Source of the DNA: a virus
Lineage: Duplodnaviria > Caudoviricetes
Virus record (IMG/VR): IMGVR_UViG_3300049043_000233
Span: 1-63,978 of that record
Length of the DNA: 63,978 nt
Reading direction: 5' to 3' (one strand)
Below are positions 9,845-19,330 of this stretch, in pieces (positions within the stretch are counted from its first letter, which is position 1; the number at the start of each line of letters is the position of its first letter). The notes under the pieces were generated by a model. The model was not told where the DNA came from and ran no database searches. It was given only the letters and a program-made list of their open reading frames with translations. The translations under genes and the position numbers were made by a program.

Positions 9845-9911
9845 GGGAAAGCTAAGACAGCGCTAGGCCCTAGAGCCTAGAAGAGCAGGGTGCAATTCCC
9901 AGCCTTTCCCC
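9845..9911 (+). ncRNA. tRNA-like element with minimal D-arm
   Basis: Acceptor stem GGGAAAG/CTTTCCC, hairpin CTAGGC-CCTAGA-GCCTAG, T-arm-like GGG-TGCAATT-CCC. Non-canonical, so not called a tRNA. Confidence 0.45.
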
Positions 9912-9944
9912 TTTTGCTACATTGGAAGCCCAGCTCTTCCTGCA

Positions 9945-10163
9945 TTGGTTCGTTATCGAATAAAACAACGGCCATCCCTTATTCGTCCATGGGAGCCAGT
10001 ATTTGACGTGGAAGAGCGAGTGTGGTGGTGGTGGGAGAGTCGAGGATTTGCATTTTTAACTCTCGATGCAGCCCTTGATCGTTTGCAAGAGATTAGTGAA
10101 GCGCCTCCTCCTGTGGAACGCAAGATTATTTATGAAAAGCATGAGCCCCCATTTTTCCTCTAA
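9945..10163 (+). CDS. Hypothetical protein
   Basis: 72-aa ORF with TTG start. Confidence 0.5.
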   Translation: MVRYRIKQRPSLIRPWEPVFDVEERVWWWWESRGFAFLTLDAALDRLQEISEAPPPVERKIIYEKHEPPFFL

Positions 10164-10166
10164 ATC

Positions 10167-10724
10167 ATGAGCGCCTTTGTCACTTCAGACTTACACCTGG
10201 ATCATGCCAAGATCCTGGAGTTTGACAGGCCTGATGGCTCAGCAATGCGTCCATATTCCTGCCTGGAAGAAATGCAGCAGGATTTAGAAGAACGATGGAA
10301 CCGCAAAATTCATAAAGGCGATACTGTGTATTGCCTGGGTGATATTGCCTTTTCCAAAACTGGCCTGCGACTTATGGAGCGGTTCAATGGGAGAAAAGTG
10401 CTCATTGCGGGCAATCATGATCGCCTCCCAGCCAAGCTCTATCTTCAATACTTTGACGACATTCGCGGGGCTTATTTCCATCAAGGGGACAGCACCATGC
10501 TTGGTGGCCTAATCTTCACGCACATTCCCGTGCATCCCGACAATCTGCGCGGCCATTATTTAGGCAACGTGCATGGCCACTTGCATTGTCACCAAGTGAT
10601 AAGGGATGGTCAAGTGGATCGTCGTTATTTCAACGCTTGCTTGGAAAGAAATGACTTTGAGCCGGTAGCATTGGAATGCATAAAGGCTTATTTCAAAGCC
10701 AATGGAAGAGCGTCGGACGTTTGA
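10167..10724 (+). CDS. Calcineurin-like metallophosphoesterase
   Basis: SDLH, LGD, GNHD, THIP and HGHLH motifs. Confidence 0.9.
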   Translation: MSAFVTSDLHLDHAKILEFDRPDGSAMRPYSCLEEMQQDLEERWNRKIHKGDTVYCLGDIAFSKTGLRLMERFNGRKVLIAGNHDRLPAKLYLQYFDDIRGAYFHQGDSTMLGGLIFTHIPVHPDNLRGHYLGNVHGHLHCHQVIRDGQVDRRYFNACLERNDFEPVALECIKAYFKANGRASDV

Positions 10725-10920
10725 CACTCCCATCCGCTCACGATGGAACGCGCCCATTCATAATTGCTTGAAAGCCATTGACGCCCACACTGAGCTTTAT
10801 TTCCTCCATCGTGATCCCTGGCATTTAGAAAAGGCTGCAATGCTCAGAAGTTATCTTCATGAGCTTAAAACCTACATTCATCTGCAAGAAGAAAAGGCCC
10901 GCCGAAACGAGCCTCTGTAG
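10702..10920 (+). CDS. Hypothetical phage protein
   Basis: 72-aa ORF overlapping the phosphoesterase stop. Confidence 0.6.
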   Translation: MEERRTFDTPIRSRWNAPIHNCLKAIDAHTELYFLHRDPWHLEKAAMLRSYLHELKTYIHLQEEKARRNEPL

Positions 10921-11131
10921 CTCAAAGACTACAAGCAGAGTGTTCCCGCATTAGGGAATCAATGGGGTGCGGCCCCAACATTCTGAAGGAAGAGACCAAA
11001 CGCTTCTACTCGTCTGATCACGGAATCCACAAGGGAGCAGCATTGACGAGAATGCTGAAAACCATTGGCCAATGGGCTCCGGCCGGAAGCGAAATCAGCA
11101 TAGCACCATTTGAGCATTTGCTGACAACTGG

Positions 11132-11260
11132 TTAGAACACTTCGCTCCAATACACAGCGGCTCCTTCGTGAAACAAGCGTCGATTATGCCTGCGGGCTTC
11201 ATGAAACGGCACGACAAGCTGATGCCTCTGTCCATGGAGGCTATAAAACAAGCGCACCAT
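11132..11260 (-). CDS. Small hypothetical protein (42 aa, not in ORF track)
   Basis: MVRLFYSLHGQRHQLVVPFHEARRHNRRLFHEGAAVYWSEVF*, starting 2 nt after the stop of the upstream minus-strand gene. Confidence 0.45.
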   Translation of the reverse strand: MVRLFYSLHGQRHQLVVPFHEARRHNRRLFHEGAAVYWSEVF

Positions 11261-11262
11261 GG

Positions 11263-11505
11263 CTAGACGTCGTAGTCTTTACAGCCAGGACACCCAGGGC
11301 ATTCTTCACAACGCTTTTTCCAGAAAGAGCCGTCCTGTCCATCGTCGAGCATGGAATGGTAGTCTTCCAGCAGATGTTCGTAGGCGGCCTTGGCGAGGCG
11401 CGATTCTTCGCTCAATGGACCAAAATTCTTGCCAGCCTCTTCTATGGCATCAGCAGCCTGCATGGCCCAGGCCAAGGCATCTTCGGCGGCAGGAGAAAGG
11501 GCCAT
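11263..11505 (-). CDS. Hypothetical protein with C-terminal Cys cluster
   Basis: 80 aa ending FWKKRCEECPGCPGCKDYDV. Confidence 0.6.
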   Translation of the reverse strand: MALSPAAEDALAWAMQAADAIEEAGKNFGPLSEESRLAKAAYEHLLEDYHSMLDDGQDGSFWKKRCEECPGCPGCKDYDV

Positions 11506-11529
11506 GAAAACAAAAGAATCTCTTACAGT

Positions 11530-11706
11530 TTAAGCCTGCTCCGTTTCATTGCGCTTAAACGTTTTGTGAGCGTCTTCCAACTTGGGCAGCAAGAAGGGAC
11601 GATAAGCATGCTCGGCAGCCAAAAGCTGCAGGGCAGTTTGTCTGTCGCTTTGCAAGAGGGCAAGAAGAAAAGCTAGCTCTTGCCTTGATAATTCAACATT
11701 GATCAT
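11530..11706 (-). CDS. Small hypothetical protein (58 aa, not in ORF track)
   Basis: MINVELSRQELAFLLALLQSDRQTALQLLAAEH..., filling the gap downstream of the terminase. Confidence 0.5.
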   Translation of the reverse strand: MINVELSRQELAFLLALLQSDRQTALQLLAAEHAYRPFLLPKLEDAHKTFKRNETEQA

Positions 11707-11755
11707 TTTTCACTACTGGTGAAATTTCAGCAATTGTTGAAAATTCTAAGACCAA

Positions 11756-13135
11756 TCATCGAACCAGACTATTCAGCCAATCAATATCGTTGTCTTTTGA
11801 TGCTTCGAGGATGGCGGCGGCAAGCGCAAAGGCATAGTCATCCACGCCCACTTCTTTACCACCAGTGACTGCCCATTGACCACTTGCTCGATAAATGACA
11901 CTTAGGTTTTTGAGTTGAGTGATGGCCTTTTGATGAGGGTAGAGTTCGATAAGGCCTGCGTTAAATAGTTCCTTCATTTTGCTAAATGCCTTCATCTTTG
12001 TGCTCACTGACCAGGCAAGTTCTGCAATGGGAAAATCTTTAGAAAGGTTTTGGATGATAAAGCTGCTGTTGAACTGGTCAAGCACAATGCTTTGGAACTC
12101 ATAAATGCGGTGGTGCTCCTTAATCCATTCCTCCACTTTGGCCATATTCACTTCTTTTTTCCCATTGATCTCAAAATCAGGCTCAAAAGCATGAAACTTG
12201 TCAATGACCAGTCTTTCGCCTTCATAGTGAACAATGCAAGCCGTGTAATCGTCCCTACCTACGCCACCTCGGGCTGGGTCCAAGGAAAGCACATAGGTGC
12301 CAGTAAATTCCTTTTCTGGAAACAGAATGCTACGTTCTTTATTGATTGCAGCCTCCACCACCTCTGAAGCCAACAAGGAGGAATTGTTTTTCGCAAACTG
12401 AGCTCCATATTCCACCCAAAATTTGTCGGGATCTCTTTTGAGTTCGGCATCCAGGAAGGGACATCCCCATGGCAAGTTGATATTGACCTCCCACGTTGGG
12501 AGATTAACGGCTTGCATGAAGGGAAACTCTCCCGATTGGGCTTCGCAGTAGTGCTGGTAAAACAGGCCATCGGTGAGCCATGGAGAGGAAAGCTCTAAGA
12601 TGCGACCGTGCTGTCCAAACTGAGCAATAGAGGGGGAAAGTGCTTGGTAAATGGCGGATGCACCACGGTTTGCATCACCTTCAATGGCGAAACTAAGCTC
12701 GTCCATGATGAGCATGACAACTGCTTTACCACGAGAAGCGCGAGCCGATGCAGGGATGGCCTGAAATACGCAATTGTTGCTCGTCTCGATTTCCGTGGCG
12801 GTTTCCCTTGTGATTTCATTGGCCAGCGGACTGTCCATTAACAACTGGCGAATGTTATTCAGCGCAAGTTTGGCCTGACTTTGGTCGTTGGCGATGGTAA
12901 GGACGTACCACTTTTCCGACTTTCTCACTCTTCGTCGATAATGATCTTCAAGCACAAAGCAAGCGTAAAGAGCAGCAATAGACGCCATAAGCGTTTTACC
13001 GCAGCGTCTTCCAAGCGCCCACACGGCATGGGTTTTATTGCCTCCAAAATAAGCGTCAAGAATACGCTTTTGTTCGGGCCATAGTGTTAAGTGGAGTACA
13101 TGCTGCGCAAAATCGCTGCATTTAAGATCGGCCAT
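11756..13135 (-). CDS. terL: Terminase large subunit
   Basis: Walker A GRRCGKT, Walker B LIMDE, coupling motif LSSP, nuclease acidic residues SLDPA...DD and DDYAFA. Confidence 0.92.
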   Translation of the reverse strand: MADLKCSDFAQHVLHLTLWPEQKRILDAYFGGNKTHAVWALGRRCGKTLMASIAALYACFVLEDHYRRRVRKSEKWYVLTIANDQSQAKLALNNIRQLLMDSPLANEITRETATEIETSNNCVFQAIPASARASRGKAVVMLIMDELSFAIEGDANRGASAIYQALSPSIAQFGQHGRILELSSPWLTDGLFYQHYCEAQSGEFPFMQAVNLPTWEVNINLPWGCPFLDAELKRDPDKFWVEYGAQFAKNNSSLLASEVVEAAINKERSILFPEKEFTGTYVLSLDPARGGVGRDDYTACIVHYEGERLVIDKFHAFEPDFEINGKKEVNMAKVEEWIKEHHRIYEFQSIVLDQFNSSFIIQNLSKDFPIAELAWSVSTKMKAFSKMKELFNAGLIELYPHQKAITQLKNLSVIYRASGQWAVTGGKEVGVDDYAFALAAAILEASKDNDIDWLNSLVR

Positions 13136-13138
13136 AAA

Positions 13139-13624
13139 TCATAGAAGGGTGCCAATAGGACGCAGGAATGCTTTTGGAACAAAATACGCCGGGCGCCCTC
13201 GTGCCGGATCGGCCCAGAACTTTTCCTCCATCGCCTCACTTCCCCAGCACCAGCCATGGATGAGAGTCTTTTGGTTTTCAATCGTCACAAGTACAAAACG
13301 CTTTCGAGGATCCTCTTGCCTCTGGACGATAAGATCGTATGAGTGCTTTGAACGGGTTTTCACATCAATGCCAGGGAGATCGTCGCTACCACGCTTAGCC
13401 TCGGTCTCCTTGAAAAGATGCTCTTTCATCCCCAAGTAGCTGGCCACGGCCATTTCGCCTGCCGCTCCAAGCAAATGCACCTCCAAAGCTTTGTCGCCAA
13501 ACCGTGGCCCTTTATTTCGGCCACGAAGCCCTTTTGCTTCATTGACGGCCTGTCGTCTCATTCCCTCCTCCATCGCTTGCTTCCTTTCCTCGTCGGAGAA
13601 GATAAATTCGATGGGGGTGGGCAT
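13139..13624 (-). CDS. Conserved phage protein, possible PD-(D/E)XK fold
   Basis: GAAGEMAVA...DDLPGIDVKTR pattern. Start placed at MPTPIEF. Confidence 0.55.
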   Translation of the reverse strand: MPTPIEFIFSDEERKQAMEEGMRRQAVNEAKGLRGRNKGPRFGDKALEVHLLGAAGEMAVASYLGMKEHLFKETEAKRGSDDLPGIDVKTRSKHSYDLIVQRQEDPRKRFVLVTIENQKTLIHGWCWGSEAMEEKFWADPARGRPAYFVPKAFLRPIGTLL

Positions 13625-13660
13625 AAAGAAATCAAACACCGTATCAATGGTAGCCACATT

Positions 13661-13673
13661 TAGAATGAAAGCA
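13661..13673 (+). promoter_or_regulatory. Putative promoter element TAGAATGAAAGCA upstream of the portal
   Basis: An identical 13-mer sits 27-28 nt before the ATG of both the portal and the tape measure. It contains -10-like TAGAAT. Confidence 0.55.
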
Positions 13674-13687
13674 AGCCTGTTGTGTGA

Positions 13688-15763
13688 ATGATGTCGGAAG
13701 AATCAATGGATCTGGGGCATGCCACGGCTCTTGGCCTGCGTGCCGATGGCCTTGCCAACGCGCTCACTGGCATGGGCATCGCCGGTCGGGACAAGAGCAT
13801 GTCCACCACGACGCAGCCAATTGTTTTCCTGGCACAAGAGGAGTTAGAGGGGCTTTATGGTGAATGGCTGCCCAGACGCATCGTCGATATTTACGCCGAG
13901 CAAGCCACGCGCAAGGGGTTCAAGGTGCTGTTTGGCGGAGAAGGTGCAGCCGCCGAGGAAGTGGTGGGCATTGAGCAAGTGATCGAGGACTTGTACATCC
14001 TTGAGAACTTCATGCTTGCCGCCAAGAATTCCAGGCTCTATGGCGGAGCAGTGCTGCTTCTATACATTGATGACGGGCGAGCGGCTGACCAGCCAGTGGA
14101 CAAGAGCAAGATTTATCGCGTGGAAGGCATGGAAGTGCTGGATCGTTGGCAGATTGCGCCAATCATCAACGAAGACAATCTCTACGACTATGCCAAGGCA
14201 ACTTATTACCAAATCATCTCTGGCGATCTCATTAACCAACCACAGTTGACAAAAATCCACAAGGATAGGATTTTGAGGTTTGATGGTGACTGGCTTCCCT
14301 ATCGCATTCGACAAAGGAACTATGGGTGGGGAATGAGCAGTTTGCAGACTGTCTATGAGAGCTTTAGACACTATTGGACTGGTCTTAATAGTGCGGCCAC
14401 CCTGCTGAGTGAGTTTGATATTTTTGTGCATAAGATTCGCGGCCTTTCGCAAATGCTTGCTGCAGGAAAAGAAAAGGATGTGCGCGATCGCTTGGTGCTT
14501 AATGATATGAGCAAGAGTGTGTATCGCGGCTATGCCATTGACGCGGAGAAAGAAGAGCTTGCTTTTATCAGCAGGAATTTTGGGGGCGTAGGAGAAATTC
14601 TTGAGAAAATGCGCGTCGATATTATTGGCGCTTCCAAGATTCCTCACACTGTGTTGTTTGGGGAAAGTCCTAGCGGTCTTGGTTCTACCGGCAGGAGCGA
14701 AGAGAGAGACTTTGCCAAGACGCTGGCGGACTACCAACAATCCACTTTCCATCGCCCTCTCAAAAAGCTGATGACTTACATCATGCTGAGCAAAACAGGG
14801 CCGACCAATGGACGAGTGCCGGAATCATGGCGTATCTCCTTCAATGATTTGTTTGAGCTGAATGAAAGGGAAAAGGCCGACGTGAGGGCTCGTGTGGCGG
14901 CCGTAGACGGGCGTTATATCCAGCTTGGCGTGCTGACTCCCAAGGAGGTGGCGGATGCCCGCTATGGGGGCTCTGAGTGGTCAATGGAGCTTACTCTTGA
15001 TCCATCGGTGGTTAGAGAACTGCCGGTTCAAGGAGGGGGTGGTTCCACTCAGAAAGGGGGTGGTTTTGCCGTGCCCCCTGGTGGTCGTGATCCCCTGAAT
15101 CAAGAAAATGGCACACTTCCAATGGATAGGAGCAGGGAGGTTCAAGATGAAGCTGGCCTGTTTCTTGAGCGCGATTTAGAACATGCCCGTGGAGACATTC
15201 AGTTCAAAGACAAAGACCTTCATCAGCAAGCTATTGCAGCGGCCAAGGCTAAGTTCAAGGTGTGGCCAAGCGCTTATGCCAGTGGCTATATGGTTCAAAA
15301 ATATAAAGAACTATACAAGCAAAAGCACGGTTCGGGCAGTGGCTTTAAGGGAGACGATGGTGATATTGCCGTGGATGATCTTGATCAATGGTTCAAGGAA
15401 GAATGGGTGAGGATTGGCGCCAATGGGGAGATTATTGGCGCTTGCGGTGGGCGCAGCGAGAAAGAGGGCAAGCCAAAGTGCTTGCCAAAGGCAAAGGCCG
15501 AAGCGATGAGCAAAGAAGAAAGGCAGACGATCGTGGCTCGCAAGCGCAAGGCCGACCCCAATCCAGAGCGCAAGGGAGCGGCCAAGATGGTCAGCAGCAA
15601 AGTGGACGCCATCGAGCCCGTGAAAGTGGAAGGCCTCATGCTTGGAGACATTGATGAGGCCGCCTTTATTAGCGAAGCTGACATTGATACGGCCTTGAAA
15701 CAATGGAAAGAGGAAGCGCCCGAACGGTTTAAGGACATCCTGGAAGCTAGCGATGCTGAATGA
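13688..15763 (+). CDS. Portal protein (DUF1073/HI1409 type) with long C-terminal extension
   Basis: ADGLANALTGMG, RRIVDIYAEQATRKG, IHKDRILRFDG, IPHTVLFGESPSG. About 230 extra residues follow the portal core. Confidence 0.88.
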   Translation: MMSEESMDLGHATALGLRADGLANALTGMGIAGRDKSMSTTTQPIVFLAQEELEGLYGEWLPRRIVDIYAEQATRKGFKVLFGGEGAAAEEVVGIEQVIEDLYILENFMLAAKNSRLYGGAVLLLYIDDGRAADQPVDKSKIYRVEGMEVLDRWQIAPIINEDNLYDYAKATYYQIISGDLINQPQLTKIHKDRILRFDGDWLPYRIRQRNYGWGMSSLQTVYESFRHYWTGLNSAATLLSEFDIFVHKIRGLSQMLAAGKEKDVRDRLVLNDMSKSVYRGYAIDAEKEELAFISRNFGGVGEILEKMRVDIIGASKIPHTVLFGESPSGLGSTGRSEERDFAKTLADYQQSTFHRPLKKLMTYIMLSKTGPTNGRVPESWRISFNDLFELNEREKADVRARVAAVDGRYIQLGVLTPKEVADARYGGSEWSMELTLDPSVVRELPVQGGGGSTQKGGGFAVPPGGRDPLNQENGTLPMDRSREVQDEAGLFLERDLEHARGDIQFKDKDLHQQAIAAAKAKFKVWPSAYASGYMVQKYKELYKQKHGSGSGFKGDDGDIAVDDLDQWFKEEWVRIGANGEIIGACGGRSEKEGKPKCLPKAKAEAMSKEERQTIVARKRKADPNPERKGAAKMVSSKVDAIEPVKVEGLMLGDIDEAAFISEADIDTALKQWKEEAPERFKDILEASDAE

Positions 15764-16430
15764 TCTTGCTCACTTCACGGCATCAATACTGGCCAGCAGG
15801 ATGGATGCTGAATGGTCTTATGATCAGCGTTCTGGACGCTATCGCGATGAAAAGGGCAAGTTTCTCAGCAAGGCCGCAGTGGAGAAGCTTGTTGACAGGC
15901 GCATTGACACGCTTGACGCATCATTGCGCCGCTTCACTCGCATGTTGATTGATGAGCAAATTACGCTTGACCAGTGGCAGGGCAGTGTCAGGGAATCGCT
16001 TAAGGCTGCTCATATTCAGACAGCGCTTGTGGGCTATGGCGGTAGAGCCAATATGGGCAGTGCGGAGTATGGGCGCATCGGTCAGCGCCTTCGTGAAGAA
16101 TACACTTATCTTCAAAGTTTTGCTCGGGACCTGCTTTCTGGGAATGTTTCTGCTCCCATGGCTCTGGCTCGCATTGGCTTATACGCTCAAAGCGTTCGTG
16201 GTTCTTACTGGCAGGGAGCCGAGCTTCGGCAGCAGCAGCAAGGCTACAGCCTCATGCAACGCATCCTGGACAGCCAAGCCAAGCACTGCGACGATTGTCT
16301 CCGCTATGCCGCCCAAGGCATAGTTTCCCTTGGAACTTTGCCACTGCCCGGCCGTCGCTGCGAATGCGGGGCCAGATGCCGATGCAGTGTGCGCTATTTC
16401 AGGCAGCAACCAGCCACGGTGCCAGTTTGA
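15753..16430 (+). CDS. Head morphogenesis / minor head protein (Mu gpF/SPP1 gp7-like)
   Basis: Directly after the portal. Contains HCDDC...LPLPG..CEC..RCRC. Confidence 0.7.
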   Translation: MLNDLAHFTASILASRMDAEWSYDQRSGRYRDEKGKFLSKAAVEKLVDRRIDTLDASLRRFTRMLIDEQITLDQWQGSVRESLKAAHIQTALVGYGGRANMGSAEYGRIGQRLREEYTYLQSFARDLLSGNVSAPMALARIGLYAQSVRGSYWQGAELRQQQQGYSLMQRILDSQAKHCDDCLRYAAQGIVSLGTLPLPGRRCECGARCRCSVRYFRQQPATVPV

Positions 16431-16466
16431 ACTTGCCCACTAGGATCTAGCGAGATTCTTTTCCTT

Positions 16467-18362
16467 GTGGCTACTATTCTTTACGCTGGTGATGCAGGGT
16501 GTCAAACGGGCTTTGGGCGTGTGGCCGAATATCTGCTTCCGGCGCTTGCCGAAAAGCATGACGTGCATGTACTTGCCGTAAATTGGCACGGGGACCCATC
16601 GCCACTGCAGAAATGCTGCAAGATGTATCCCGCCATGGCTCATGGCACCGATCCCTTTGGCTCTCATCGCATTGGCGAACTGCTGCAGGTGATCAAACCA
16701 GACTTGGTGTGGGTGACAAATGACATTTGGTGCGCCATCAATCTATGGGAGGCGGCTAAACCATTCCAGGAAAGCCTTGGCTTCAAATGGTTTGTCTACA
16801 CGCCGATCGACAGTTATGGCATCTTTCCCGAGCTGCTTCCAGCGCTTGAACAGTGGGACGGCATTGCCACCTACACTCGTTTTGGCGCCGAAGAAATTGA
16901 AAAGATTGGTTACAAGGATACAATCCGCATCATCGGCCACGGCACCGACTTTTCAAAATTCTTCCCACTAGACCGAGCTGCATGCCGCAAAGAGCTTGGA
17001 GTGCCGGAGGATGTCTTTATTGTGTTCAATGGCAACAGGAACCAACCTCGCAAGCGCATTGATCTGACCATCAAGGGCTTCGTCAAGTTTGCAAAAGACA
17101 AGCCCGATGCTCGACTGTGGCTCAATATGGGCAAAAAAGACATGGGCTGGGACCTCGTGCCACTATTCAAGAGAGTGGCAAGAGACGAGGGTTACGATCC
17201 TACTGGCAAGCTCATTCTTACCAGTCCGCATTTTTCAACAGACAACTGCCTTCCCATTGAACAGCTCAACAAGGTGTACAACGCAGTGGACATTGGCGTG
17301 AACACCTGCATTGGCGAGGGTTGGGGGCTGGTTAATACGGAGCATGCTGCCACGGGGGTGGCTCAATTGGTGCCGGATCATACCAGCCTCAAAGAAATCT
17401 TTTACGACGTGCCCAGAATTGCCTGTCATGGTTCGGAAACCGACAGGAACTATGGTCTTGAAAGGCCCTTGCCAGAGCCTGATAGCATGGCCCTGCTTCT
17501 CGATCACTACTATCGCGATCGCAGTCTCCTGAAGCAGGCAGGGGATTGGTGCTATCAGCGCATGCACGAAGAACCGCTCACCTGGCCCTTCATTCAAAAG
17601 CAAATGCTCGCCACTATCAGGGAACTGCTCGTCAAAACCAAGAAAACCGCCGTCAAGGGCTTCGCAAAAAAGACTGAGGGCCAGGGAACCACGCACTTCC
17701 CTGGCCGCTCTTCTCAGTGGCTTGACTTCAGCGAAGGCCAAGCCGTGTTTTGCATTAGCCTGCTAAACGATGAAAGGCGTCCTAGATTCGCGGCGTCCAT
17801 GGAAAAAATTGGACAACAGTTTGTATGGTGGACGGCCGTAGATGGTCGAGGGCTATCTAGGAAGGAGATGAGTGCCATGAGTCAGGTGCCAATTGAATGG
17901 GAGATAGACGACGACAAAGATGTGTTGCATCGCGTGGGAGAGGCCGCATTGATTGCCTCTTCCATTGGCCTCTGGACCCATGCCAAGGAGCAAGGTTTGG
18001 ACCATTTAGTGGTCCTTGAGGATGACACAGAGGTGATGCGTAAGCTAGTGCTCGAAGTGCCGGATGATGCTGATTTGGTGTTCTTTAATGATCGCAGCGT
18101 GCGAAACAAGGAAGGGCTCACTTGGGGATATGTTTGCGGCACCGATGGCTATTTGGTGACGAAGCAAGGTCTTGATAAGCTTTTGAAGATTTTTTCAACA
18201 ATGTACTTGCCACTTGATTTGCAAATGATCGCCAACATGGAAAGCATGCGCGATTCCAACCATCATCTTTTTGGTTATAGGCGAGAGCACCTGCCTCTTT
18301 TGAAAAGCTATACGCATCCCCCCATTGCATTTCACAAAGATTCACCATCACGCATCCGATGA
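16467..18362 (+). CDS. Glycosyltransferase: N-terminal GT4 (GT-B) fused to C-terminal GT25-like domain
   Basis: TGFGRVA, NRNQPRKR, GEGWGLVNTEHAA (EX7E) in the N-terminal part. CISL...RR, AVDG, VVLEDD, GTDGYLVT, PLD in the C-terminal part. Confidence 0.85.
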   Translation: MATILYAGDAGCQTGFGRVAEYLLPALAEKHDVHVLAVNWHGDPSPLQKCCKMYPAMAHGTDPFGSHRIGELLQVIKPDLVWVTNDIWCAINLWEAAKPFQESLGFKWFVYTPIDSYGIFPELLPALEQWDGIATYTRFGAEEIEKIGYKDTIRIIGHGTDFSKFFPLDRAACRKELGVPEDVFIVFNGNRNQPRKRIDLTIKGFVKFAKDKPDARLWLNMGKKDMGWDLVPLFKRVARDEGYDPTGKLILTSPHFSTDNCLPIEQLNKVYNAVDIGVNTCIGEGWGLVNTEHAATGVAQLVPDHTSLKEIFYDVPRIACHGSETDRNYGLERPLPEPDSMALLLDHYYRDRSLLKQAGDWCYQRMHEEPLTWPFIQKQMLATIRELLVKTKKTAVKGFAKKTEGQGTTHFPGRSSQWLDFSEGQAVFCISLLNDERRPRFAASMEKIGQQFVWWTAVDGRGLSRKEMSAMSQVPIEWEIDDDKDVLHRVGEAALIASSIGLWTHAKEQGLDHLVVLEDDTEVMRKLVLEVPDDADLVFFNDRSVRNKEGLTWGYVCGTDGYLVTKQGLDKLLKIFSTMYLPLDLQMIANMESMRDSNHHLFGYRREHLPLLKSYTHPPIAFHKDSPSRIR

Positions 18363-19298
18363 ATTCCCGTCTCAAGAACGTTCAAATTCAAACACAAGCA
18401 GCATGCAATGCAAATTGTGTGTTTTGTCCATGGATAGAAAGTTGGCATCATTCCAACTATGGAGTGATGGATAGGCAATTGTTTTCGCGGATTCTCGACA
18501 TGCTTTTGCCATGGAAAGCCAACATTGAAGATGGAGGAAAGATTTGCCCCTATCTCATGCAAGAGCCTTTTGTTGATAAACGCATTTTTGAACTGTGCGA
18601 AGAAATTCAAGAGAAGTTTCCAGGGGCACTTCTAGAGCTTTCAACAAATGGAGCTCTACTATCAAAAGATAATACTGATCGTCTAATTCCTTTGCTTGAG
18701 GGCAGGCCCCACGAGATTTGGGTGAGCCATCATGGCATTGATAAAGCGTCGCATGAGGAGATTATGAAGATCAATCATGAGCGATCCACTGCCAATCTTC
18801 TCCATTTGATCAAAGAAGCCAAGGGAAGGCTCAACGTTCGAGTGCGTGGCAGCGGTTCTTCTCGCACGGGCATTGGACGTCATTGGTTCTCTCGGCAGGA
18901 ATACTTTGCTTATTGGTATAAGCTCTCGCAAGATCATGGCTTTGATTTGTCTTGGATTGATCTTGACTATTTCACCTACCATGATCGGGCGGGCACAATC
19001 AAGCGGGATGAACGCAGTGCAGGGGACAATAATTTTGGCATTGTGAGAGACATTGGTCCCAATGCTCCTTTCCATTGCAGCCGTCTTGACGAATGGCTTC
19101 ACATCATGTGGAATGGTGACATTCGCTTGTGCTGCATGGATTACCACGCAGAAGTGAAATTGCCCAACCTCAATGAAATGACGATTGAGGAATACTATCG
19201 AGGGAATGATTTTGCTGGCATTGCCGCACAAGTGACAGGGCGGCAGCAGAGTGCCGATGATTTCATTTGCAAAAGATGCACTGAGCCCGGGAGGCTAA
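18359..19298 (+). CDS. Radical SAM protein with SPASM/twitch domain
   Basis: CNANCVFC, EP, STNG, C...IMWNGDIRLCCMD...CKRC. It probably ends CTEPGG*, with one extra G near 19290 fusing it to the next gene in the ORF track. Confidence 0.8.
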
Positions 19299-19330
19299 AA
19301 TACAATGCAAAGCCAGACTTCGCCTTGACC

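Noticed and set aside
13688-15763. Anti-CBASS (Acb1-like) function sometimes attached to this portal family
   Set aside because: No HxT/HxS 2H-phosphoesterase motif pair is visible. Sequence and position fit a portal.
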